This document shows positions 53,200 to 64,000 of a stretch of DNA of 64,000 nt, in pieces. Each line of letters opens with the position of its first letter. The stretch's first letter is position 1. Source of the stretch: Octopus sinensis (Eukaryota); assembly GCF_006345805.1 (NCBI RefSeq), contig NC_042999.1:140988001-141052000 (forward strand). Reading direction: 5' to 3'. The notes beneath the pieces are model-generated. The model made no database searches. It worked only from the letters and a program-made list of their open reading frames with translations, and was not told the origin of the DNA. Both the position numbers and the translations under genes were made by a program.

Positions 53200-53700
53200 C
53201 AATGTGACTCAGCAAATACAAAGGCATGTTGTGCTCTTGCCTCTTGCCACAATCTACAGCAACACAGAGATCTCCAGCTACATGAATATAGCTTGGGCCT
53301 TCATATTCAAAGTTTGGGAAAGAGCGGGATGCCTTTGGCAGGGTTGTGTCATTGTGACCAAGTGAAAGAAACATTCCTAGTAATCAAAGGTTAGGATGGC
53401 CAAGTTCATCCAACAGGTCCAGAACATCATCAACAACAAAGTCAGTGAGTTGATGAGGGCCATTGCCAAGTAGTGCAATGCAGCAGAGTCCTTTATCATA
53501 AGGCACGGGTCCTATGTGATGAGAAGATGGCAGTTCATGTCCAGCATGACCCCAGAAAAATTGTGTGATCATGTGACACCCAAGCAATATCAATTGACTT
53601 CTTCCAAGTTCTTTTGATTTTAATCCCTTGAAACATTGCATCTGTTAGTTGTCATCAGATGGGGAAACCAACCAAAAGCTTCATGTGGCTAAGAACCCAT
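53200..53700 (+). mobile_element. Internally deleted Tc1/mariner transposase relic, probably maT/DD37D-like
   Basis: Plus frames: VTQQIQRHVVLLPLATIYSNTEISSYMNIAWAFIFKV, KFIQQVQNIINNKVSELMRAIAK, SYVMRRWQFMS joined to EKLCDHVTP, and DFNPLKHC...GETNQ. The catalytic core is missing, so the subfamily is inferred from flanking motifs. Confidence 0.7.
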
Positions 53701-56700
53701 TGCGTTTTTGTTCTTGTTTGCCTAGAACACCAAGAATACATAAATATATGTGTAACCTGTCTAACCCATGCTGGCATAGAAAATGGACGTTAAATGATGA
53801 TGATAACGATATATATATATATATATACATGCACACATACATAACAGTGTGATTAAAGTGTCTTTTCTTCAATCAAGTGGTTGCTCAGAGTTCAATCTCC
53901 TTACTTGGTCCCTTGGGCAGGTGACTTCTAAAGCATTAAATTGAGCCATGTCTTCTGAATGGAATGTGGCTTTCAGAAACTATAGGGAATCCCACATATT
54001 TTTGTGTATGCTTGTGAAAATCAGTACATCACAAGTTATGTTGTTAGAGTGAAATTGTTTCAAATTTAGAAAAACTTTTATAGATTTTTTTCTAATGGTG
54101 CAAGAGGCCAGCAGAGAAAACTGTTTGAGCTATATACATTATCATGAATAATACTAGCATTTCAAATTAGGAGGAACATCTACTGAATTTATACTCAAAC
54201 ATGGATGACAATCACGTTGTAAATACATGTGCTATGTGCAATCATTTGTGAAACTTATTGTTGAACAGCCTATGAAGTTTCCATATGATTTTATAAAGAA
54301 AAATTGAAGTAAATTTTCCTGCAAAATGTTTGCCTCATTTGCTGATGAATGAACAGTAAGATAACTATATCAAGTAGAAGCTGCTTGATCATTTAATTGC
54401 TGGTGGAAAACTTGCTGAAAAATATTTTAACAAGTGACAAAACTTAGGTGTACAGTTATGATGTTAAATCAAAAAGTCAGTCATCACAGTGGTTTTAATC
54501 ATCATCTCTGCAATCAAATAATACACATCAGAGTCACTCAAATATGACATATGGACAAGCAAAATTTCAATTCTACACCTCAACAATGCATCTGATCACA
54601 TGGCATTCTTTATTAATTACATTTTGGCAAAATGTGAAATAATTCATGTCCCTAGCTGCTCTACACTCCAAATTTATTCCCTGCAGTCTCCCCCCACTTG
54701 TGTTTTTTCTTTTAAACCCATCCTGAAAAATCCTGAAGAATCAATGATTTCAGATGATGGAAGAGTTTCAACAAAATTCACAATGTGAACTGTATATTAT
54801 CCAAGAAAACATGTTCCAAATTTGGATAAGATTCTTGGAGGTGGTGTGTCAATAGTGGATACAACTAATTTCAAGAAAATAACTTTAATTATAAGTAAAG
54901 CAATAAATTTGTCTATGTATTTATGTACATACATACACAGACATGCACATATATACTCCTTATCAATGAAAAAAAAAATGAAATAAATATAAAAATTGCT
55001 GAACTACACAAATAAGTGTCTTTCTATTGTTCATATTTTTGTAAAGTTGAAGCTCTAAAACTTAAAACCAAATTCAAATCAATATATTTTTACTATTATT
55101 TTTTTGGTTAAATTTATTTTTCAAACATAAAAAAATGTTAAAAGTGAATAAAAATGTTTCATCTTTTCCTTAAAAAAAATAATAGATTTTGCATATGCCA
55201 CCAATTCTAATTAACAATTAGGTACTGTAAATTTAGGAATATATATTTTGCTTAACAAATACTACATGCTGAACAAACAGTTAAATAGAAATAGTATAGT
55301 ATTACAATAGCAATTACAAAACAAAGTGAAAGAAACAGTAGCAAAGCTGAAAGTTTCTCACCTAAATTGGCTTGCAACAAGATTCACTTCATGTATCAAA
55401 GGTAGTTTAAAGTTTCGGGTGTTGCCATCATCTACTTTCATATTTTAATAACCCGCAGTAAAACTTCAAAGTCACTGTCAATTTTTTCCTTGTGAAAATA
55501 TATTTTAATAATCCCCAATTTCTGGAATGGCTGAGAATTCTATTGTTTCAATAACATACAATATTCTAAAATTAGAGTTAGAACCTAAATTTTAATTTCA
55601 GCTTGTAATGTGTAATTATATTATCTCATTCATTTTCAGATGACAGATGGTGCTACAACTTAACAAGCATTTAAAATAGCATTTCTTCTTTGTACAAATT
55701 GAATATTATATTTTTAGACTCTTTTTTAAAAATGACATCATAAATGAATGAATATAAGTACCCTAGTATTGCAACATCCCATTGACTGGAATAAGTAAAA
55801 GATTAATTTATAGATTGTTCTTACTCTCCTTTCAGTGGTATAGTATCAAGACAATTTCACAGATTTAGTTCAAGGCTTAACACCAAATTCTGATACCTTG
55901 GTGGTGGCAGTTGCAGCAGTGGCTGTGGCTACTCCTGCACTTTTAATGCATTCAAAGACAGTTTGTAAATATACTTGTTACTCTACTGTCCAACTCTATT
56001 TAGTTGTGAAGAAACAAACATGTAAATCTACAGCAAATTTGTTGTCTTGCCAAATGATTGGTTCTTATTATATTTTACTATTTTTTGTACACCTAGTTGA
56101 GGTGTTGCCGCATTGGTTGAAGCAATTACTGAATGATAACTCTACTGCCAACTCTATATAAAATTTTAACTCTAAATGGTATAGCCTATCTAACTATAAA
56201 TATGTGCTATTGCAGAGTAAAAATGATTTGGCAGTTTCAGAATCATGAGAATGCTGGCCTCCTGATCAGTTATCAGTTTCTAAATAATTCTAAACAAGGA
56301 TAGCTCAGTCTACTTAGCTGTAAATAGTTGCTATGTGAAAGCACAGTCCATCACTGCAAGCTAAAAAAGTAGTGTATAAACTGATTAGCATTTCTGTAGC
56401 TTATAGTAGTGCCCTGCTTTGGAACATACAACCATTGTTATTAATGCTACAGGTGAATGTTGTAGAACACAAATAAGATATGTATAAACTGTCATAGCAG
56501 TTTTTGGCTTCCATTTGGAGTTATTTTACATCATTTATGTCACAAATTCCCCCTGTTGGGGCTTCAGAATTGAAACTCACCTCTTAGTTTTGTTCATCAG
56601 CATCTTCTATATTTTCTTACTTACTCATAGAAGCCCCTACCTACTCTCAGTTGTTTATGTCATCATATGAATTTATGTTCAGAATCAGAAGAATCCTAAG

Positions 56701-58354
56701 AAATATACTAAAGACAACAAAAATACGAGAAAAGAGATAATGATATTTCAGACTATTAATCACATCTTCAGAAATGGTTACATCTATTCTATGTCTTGAT
56801 CAATTTGATGTCTGATCATCATCGAGTGTCATGTGAATGTGCACATGATACCTGACAGGATTTCAACTTGGGAGTTTTATTCCTAATTTAAGGGTAACAA
56901 CATTTTTATCAATTAGGACACTTACACTGAAAAATGTATTCATATTAATATATTCACCGCAGACATTGAGAGAATTAAGGAGGAAAAGGTTCTTATAAAA
57001 CTCAAACTCACTGTTATGGTGTCTTTAAATTCAGCACTCAACATCTATTTGTAATTTTTTGAACTCATCAACCATAGTGCTTTTTGTGGTAGTCATTTTA
57101 TTGACTTTGAGATGGATAAAACAGAACATAGAAAATGAAACTAAACAGTAAGACATTTTGTCCACTGCTCTTGCAAATATACTGCACAGAATTCATTAAG
57201 TGCATTACCAAACAATTTCATTTTTTTTTTCTTTGAAACTTTTTGCTTTGAGAGAAACAAGCCATGAGCAAAACCTGGATAAAATAGCAATGGTAGTAGG
57301 TAGTATTTTTAAAGATTTATTAATGGACTTCTGCTATGAGATGGACAATAATGTAGTTGGGGGTGTAGAAGATGATGTGGTTAATGTATGTGATGAGCTG
57401 GTGGTGGATAATGTTGAAAAATTTCACTTGAATGTAATCAATAGAAAAAATTAATTCCATTCTTAATTTTAATAGCACTAACATCTTTATGCTTAATTTC
57501 ACAATAACCATTTAACTCTTCAGTTTGTAATTGTATAAGAGGGAGGTGGTTATATCTGTGTATGTGTATTTGCATGTCATCTCTGTAACTGTTGTTGTTA
57601 CAGTTGTTGTACCCTTGGCTTCATTGAGCAGACCTGTGATCAAAAGTGTTCCAACCATGACCAGTGAATCTTTTTGTATATCTATGGTATTGTCTGTGTC
57701 CTTTCTATTTTAAATGGTTTGATTTGAAGGAATTTGGTTACTGTTCTCCATAGTTTATTGATCTACAGGATATTGTTATAGTTGCTGATTATAATGTTGC
57801 TTTTGAGATTGTTGCCAATGTTGTTGTTATTCTATTATTTTTATTATATTATCCAATGCTTCCGTCATTTTTATTAAGGTTGTAGAAGTGTGACTTTGAA
57901 GAGATTTGGTTACTGTTTCTAGTAGATCAAAAGACCACATGCAGGTTTCCTCATTTATGATGATGTTGTTTCACTTTAGATGAGCTCTGAAACTAGACAT
58001 AAAATCAAATACAATCCAATTATGACTATCTCATCTTTATTTTGAACACTTTGGCTAGGACTATGTCATTCAGTATGTCCTCCTATTTTTAAGATGGCTA
58101 AGTAAAGACAGGAAATTTGACTGCTTTTTCTAGCAGAGTGAGTGGCTGGATAGATGCTTCCTTGTTAGCTCATTCATTTTATGTTGTTATTACTGGTTCT
58201 GTTGTTGTTGAAAGTAGTAGTATAATTATTACAGAAATATGGCATACTAAACATTTTTATAAGGCAACATCTAACATTTTATTAAAGAAATCAAGGTAAC
58301 TATTCCTTCAAAGACAAGACAACCATAACCAAAAGTATAATGAAATTGTATCAA

Positions 58355-59495
58355 CTAAGGGTAAAACTCTTTACCTTCTTCCACATCTGGAATCAGTTCC
58401 TGGTATTGGTCTCCTATTTCCTCAAATAGTTGTTTTCTATTTGATTGGCCTTTAATACTGTCACCTTTTGTGTCAATTATTCATCTACTGTTTGATTTTC
58501 CCCTTTCATCTAACCTGTACTGTTCATTCAACTTTCTGATTACTGCTTTATTCTTCAGCTCTCTTCTCACTATCCTATTCAATTGCCCCAGTTCTTTCCA
58601 TGTCTTTTCCAGCTTCATTCATATTCTCTTGCTCTAATTTGTTTCTTTCTTTTCATTTGCTTTTATATCTGCAGTTTTTCGCTTGTAACCTATGTTAGCT
58701 ACAACATTAGCAGCAGCTATGATTAACTGATTTGTTTCACTGAGGTTTTCTGTTTTAATCAAGCTTAAAACATCATTTACTTTGCTTGTGGCTCTCCTCA
58801 CTTTTTTTCTGTTTGATATATCTTATATTTGGTGGCACTTCATTGTTCCCATTAGACATTTTACCTTGCAGCTTTTTTAAAATCTCCTTCTCATCATCAT
58901 TCAAGCCTTGTGCAGTACTTACTGTCACTTGTCCATCTAGATCATCTTCATTAGTTACTTTATCAGTTTTCTCTGGTACTCTGTGGTTTCCATCTGTTTC
59001 ATGTTCTTCATCTCTTACCCCTTAATTACTGCTTTCTGCTACTGCTATTTCACTCTCCTTCTCTTTTTTTATTATGTTTCGCTGAATATCTTCAGTCTCT
59101 ACTCCTGTAATCCAGTTGTTCCTACAGATTGCTCTTGCTAGGTTATGAGTCGCTGGGTAGATACTTCAAAACCTCTTTTTGCATCCCATATTCTCTTCAT
59201 TCGATTCATGAAGCCTTTTTTTTTATTTGGCTCACTTCTCAGCCAGCATTCTACTAATATTTTGTTTTCATCTCTTTCCCATTTCATTCTTTTTCTTTTG
59301 CACTTTTGACTGCAATTTGGGTCCTGATCAACTGCTTGGTGATGGTCTGTTGGAACTTGATCAGATACTCCCTGCCTGCCTTGTGCAACACCTTCCCTGT
59401 TAACAGTTCCACTCCTGTTAGTGCAGTTGTGGTTATTATTTAATTTTGACAACACTCATTTAAAGGTAACATTTGTAAGGTTGTGCAATCACCAT
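58355..59495 (-). mobile_element. 5' portion of an R4/Dong-clade (restriction-like endonuclease) non-LTR retrotransposon
   Basis: RKRMKWERDENKILVECWLRSEPNKKKGFMNRMKRIWDAKRGFEVSTQRL, then KVNDVLSLIKTENLSETNQLIIAAANVVA: the N-terminal motifs typical of Dong/R4-type ORFs. The 5' end abuts (TAA)n on the element strand. Confidence 0.75.
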
Positions 59496-59500
59496 TATTA

Positions 59501-59551
<51 letters not shown>

Positions 59552-59554
59552 AAG

Positions 59555-59588
<34 letters not shown>
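59495..59588. repeat. Inverted (TAT)n ... (TAA)n microsatellite pair
   Basis: About 50 bp of (att)n, a short atgaag spacer, then about 33 bp of (taa)n. Confidence 0.95.
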
Positions 59589-59590
<2 letters not shown>

Positions 59591-60279
59591 CATTGTTTCT
59601 AAAAATAGTAGACATAACAAGTTTCCAGTAAGGTTAATTTGCAATACAGTTTCAGACATCAGTTTTTCTCTTACATTTAAATTTTCATGCTTGCATGGTT
59701 GGTATTTTGTTGGAGCAATTATTTTTAGTACTGGATGCTCAGCCATTAAAATAGAAACCTGTTCTTCACCACTCAAGAAAACTGGAGTAAAACTATTGAC
59801 TACAGTGCTCATCAATGCCAGGTCTACAGCATCCCTCAATTAATGGCACAATAAAATTGCTATATAAAGATTTGAACTTTTGATCATGGAGTCAATTACG
59901 CTACACTTCAAACTCATAGTTATTGCAGTTTACAAAACAATTAACTTCACTAATGCTATATGCCTGTGATTCTCATTTCTGTCCTATACACAACACCAAA
60001 ACAAAGACCCACCATAAGGAATGTAGATACAGGATATTTTCAATTTCACATTATGTGAACTGGAAGAAATTACACTTCACTCCTTTCAATATCAATCCAT
60101 ATGAGACAGCTTCTGGCTTTTTATGATGCATAATTTCTCATTTAAAATAATATTTAGTTAAAAACGTATCATAATTTTATATTATCATCTGAGTTAGAAT
60201 CAAACTAGATTTCTTCCAGAAAAGTTTCAAATACAGGAGCAGCCACTTTTGTTCTGTAAAAAAAAATCCAAAAAACTAA

Positions 60280-60480
60280 GTTCGATTTCAAAGCTTGATT
60301 GCTTCGTGGTTAGTATATAAACCAAGAAAATAGCGACAGAAACTGGAAGTTTAGCCTCATTCTGTTTACACCTTTAACTACCAGGAATAAAGGTAGTAAG
60401 GTGTTTTATTTTAAGGACCTTCAAGACGACAAAATACTCCTGCTGCTACAAGGGAGAAAACTCGTGTGTGACAACAGCAT
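60280..60480 (+). promoter_or_regulatory. CpG-enriched patch with TATATAAA; candidate promoter or first exon
   Basis: Five CpGs in about 190 bp of apparently non-repeat DNA, versus about 8 counted by eye in 54000-58000. TATATAAA at 60314-60321; possible donors AAG|gt near 60391-60401. Confidence 0.25.
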
Positions 60481-62669
60481 GTAGTAGGTTAAAAAGATTT
60501 TGTTATGTCCAGAACACCAGTTAAATAATGACAAATTTATTATTTTACTAAATCTTTCCAAATTCTTGATTGTTTTCAAAATTAAATTAAATACGGAGAG
60601 TGTATTTCATTGAAATAATGTCACTAAAGAGCTAACAATGTCTTTACTTTCTATTTAATTATATTTTTGTATAATGTCAACTTAAAAGTTTCAAAATTAA
60701 GCTAACATCATATAAAGTCATTCTACTAGAAAACAATAATAGACTTTCTTCTCACCAATGTTTTACTTAAATACTTACTTTATATTTTTTTGTAATTTTA
60801 ATCTTATTCAATTTAGACAGTTAAAAATCGCATAAACTTTTAAGAAAATGAAATAATGTAGAACTGTTTTTATATGTAAAAAAAATGTTATGCCTGTCTT
60901 TAACAGGAATTAACTATACAATAAGATGCCATCATTGTCTAAATCAAGATAACCCTTGTTCTCTGTAAGCAAGAATGGTTAGTTGTATGTCAGTAAAGGC
61001 ACATTGCCCTGACTCAATGGAAAGGGTGACCAGCTTGAGTATGAGTTCTATAATGACATTCCATAACCTTCATGAAACAGAACCTGAACTCAGTTTTGCA
61101 AGCTAACAAAAGACTTGTTAGTTATATGTTGACCCTTCCTGTTACTGTACCTACCATGGTAGCTATTTACAGCTAGCTTAGACGAGCTGAACCAGGGTGA
61201 ATTGAGTCTTAAAATCAGTTACAGGTTTATTAACTGTTCTACTTGTGACAGTAGACAACATAAAGTAATATATTAATGATTAATTGAATCAAATGATTTA
61301 GAAGATGTCTCAGATAAGTCAAAATGTATCAGTATGTAAGTGTGAATAGATCTTTAATCCTATCCCATAAGTCATATCATTTACAAGTCGAGCTTCATAA
61401 TTGGTACGTGTTAAATGTAATGTTACATAAATGCTCATGCATTGACTTGAAGTGACTTCAGATATGCTATTGTACATACAGCCTATTCTGTATACAAGCC
61501 AAGCAATGAATACTATTCTATAATGAGACCCTGCAAGAAAATACACACAAGTCTTCTCATTGCTTAAAGAATATTTTCAGATCAGATTACCATCATTTCT
61601 TCTGTGTGTCTATTCCTTAAGGAGTAGAGACTATAGTGTAAGCAGTCATCCACGACAGCTGGCTGCTGCTTGGTGCTTGGCACTGTTAAATCTTAATGCC
61701 AACAGAATGTAACAAAACTGAAGATAGTGGAAATATGAATATCTTTGGCTAGGAATGGTTGCTTGGTGGTGAGTTATTTCAGGCACTATATACAAGAGAA
61801 TGTTCATAGGTAATAAGTAGTACTTAGAGGGAAAAAGTACAACCACTAAAAGATTTTATTTCAAGTCATTTTTTTAAGCAATTTCGCTGAGTATTTATAG
61901 AAATTGTTAAATACTTTAGTGATCAAGCCAGAAGTATTGAATTATGTGAAAGTATTGAAAGGGTTGGCAATTAAACCAAGATCAGCAGACTGTTATTATC
62001 ACCCCCATGATACACAAGAAATGGAATATTTCATGGGTTAAGGAAAATGAGATTTTATGATATTCATGCCTTTTGTGAGACCATCAAAGGTTATAAATGC
62101 AGTTCCAATAAAGAATTGAAAGAAAGCTATATATAAAGTTTTGTCAACCATTTACTACCAGTTGAAACTGGCAGTAAGTAATTATTTATATCAATGAATA
62201 TTGTTAATCTGAAAAGAGTAATACTGGATTGCTGTAGTGTTTAAACTCTGCTACTGGTATTGTGTTGTGTTCTTCAGCTAAGTATTTTGCTTTGCCAGTC
62301 CCAGTTTGCTTTATTGGAGGTACTGCAAACTCATCTTAATATATAATAACCATTCTAATTTTGTTGGTTGAGTGATTAGTATTTGCAAATGCATCCATCT
62401 GTAAAATCACTTATTTCAGCATCTTCTAACCTATGTCAGCTTAGAAAATAGTAATATAAAGATGATCTACAAAAGAAATATAAAAAAAAAGAAAAGGAAA
62501 AAGAAAATACAAAATAATGTTTGCCAAACTGTTTTCCCTGAAATGCAAACACATTGTGTTCAATGGAAGAGTTTGCCATAAAACTGTAAAGATATTACTT
62601 ACACTTAGCTATCTTTAGCTTTTGATGTAAGATGTCATGGATAGATGGGTAAGGTTGAGACTGAGTTAT

Positions 62670-62673
62670 ACAA

Positions 62674-62708
<35 letters not shown>

Positions 62709-62880
62709 CACAGGTGCATACACATACACACACAAACAGGCACACACACACAAACACAGACCCACAAAAATACACACATACAAATATAGCTACACAAACA
62801 TATACATACACATTCACAAGCATGCACACATACATAGTTGCACATACAACATTTACTCACATATGCCCTCACACATACAT
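62670..62880. repeat. (CA)n-rich degenerate microsatellite
   Basis: Directly visible; explains the ORFs at 62595-62953. Confidence 0.92.
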
Positions 62881-64000
62881 AGGGATTTATTCTACAAGTA
62901 ATGCCTACAAATTACTGAGAACTGGGGAGTTGCGATGGGGTGACTATGGATAAGGTATCAGCCTTATCCTGACTAGAGAAGAGGAGCTTTATATTGCATC
63001 ACTATTATGACACTAAATGTTCTGGTCAGAGAACATTTTACCTCACTTATCTGACTCTGACAGTAGAACAAGTAAGAAAAGAATAAATATCTTAAAAAGT
63101 TCAATATAAAATTACAGTGCTGAGGTCAAATTATCTTCAGCAAAAATAAAAGTATAATTTTAGGTCAATAGTATCTGCATCTATTTTTTTATAATGAGGA
63201 GTCAAGAAATTGGATACTCTTTGTGGAGTTCTTGAACAGAAATAGATTTATGTTTAAGGGCATTGATTCCAAGGCAAAGTTTATTTCTTATACAACTTTG
63301 CTGTTCATCACTAGGAAAAGTCAGAAAAAAATACAATTCAATTATTTAATTGGTTCTTTATGAGGGTGTAGAATAGCAACCTGGAATCTTTATTGTAAAC
63401 AACTTGGTAATTTCACTATTCTCAATTCTAACTCTGTCAGAGTACATGACTCAATATTTTCTGGATTTAATCCCCTAAATTTGTAGAATATAGTTAAGTC
63501 TATGAACTGGAATGTGTGATGAAAAGTAATGGGAAATCTTAATATTGTATATAAAATGTCAAATTGTGAAACATTACATTTGGACCAAACAAGTAGGTAT
63601 TTTATTTTCATTTTTTTTTTTTATGAGAAGTATATTGTGAAAATGCAAATTTATCACTCAATACCAAATGGTTCTTAAGAGCTAGAAATTATCTTCTTCT
63701 GGATAGGATGTCTAAATATTTCAAGTAACGTTCTCAAATTATCTGGAACCTAGTCTTGACAGCTAAGTGAACTGAATTAATGTAGAATAAAATTTACTAC
63801 TTGTAAACAATGACATTTTTGCAGTTGAATGCAGAGCTGGAAGTTCAATACCAACTACATTCACCCAACTATTTCTAGAACTTAATACATTGCTGATACC
63901 TATTTAACTTAGATTAAATCACCCGTGGTTGAGTTTTATCTCTAACACTCTTAAGCATATATCTTTCAGCATTACTTCTTTATTAATATCTTTAAGTGTT

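Noticed and set aside
53069-53641. Two adjacent minus-strand ORFs that superficially resemble an alpha/beta hydrolase or other enzyme
   Set aside because: They are the antisense of a decayed mariner transposase on the + strand.
54822-54872. LDKILGGGVSIVDTT resembles RAD51C/RecA-family LDxILGGG
   Set aside because: No Walker A motif follows, an in-frame stop lies just upstream and there is no suitable acceptor; treated as chance.
56097-56161. Possible + strand terminal exon VEVLPHWLKQLLNDNSTANSI*
   Set aside because: Plausible acceptor, but too short and unlinked to support.
59546-59839. 97-aa minus-strand ORF with possible splice sites
   Set aside because: No homology recognised, it ends in a microsatellite and has no phase-linked neighbours; possible but unsupported.
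62595-62953. Overlapping ORFs rich in VCVC/THTH (similar ones at 9418-9815, 33206, 40756, 44734, 52479-53065)
   Set aside because: Translations of dinucleotide microsatellites and SINEs.
1-64000. CRISPR arrays, rRNA or prokaryotic operons
   Set aside because: No regularly spaced repeat-spacer array, rRNA-like sequence or gene-dense region; the sequence is eukaryotic non-coding DNA.

Overview
AT-rich, microsatellite-rich animal genomic DNA. The SINE/LINE families look like those I recall from Octopus, so a cephalopod origin is an inference. No protein-coding gene can be recognised with confidence; the window reads as intron or intergenic sequence full of transposon relics. These include RTE LINE fragments (1-250, 5635-6468, 13468-14516, 36385-36645, 45640-45870), CR1/L2-group LINE relics (19400-21250, 22450-23000, 38050-38400) and the 5' part of an R4/Dong-type LINE (58355-59495). 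DNA transposons are a near full-length DD41D (rosa-type) mariner with TIRs and TA TSD (46506-47798), an internally deleted maT-like mariner (about 53200-53700) and a TTAA-flanked piggyBac-like MITE. Several tRNA-derived SINEs are also present. The most interesting element is a 279-bp tRNA-headed SINE (33950-34228) with an 11-bp TSD that carries a Penelope-type minimal hammerhead-ribozyme fold. A chain of phase-compatible candidate micro-exons (27205-30158, +) may belong to a host gene but is unproven. Most ORFs in the supplied track are transposon frames, their antisense shadows, microsatellites or chance ORFs.
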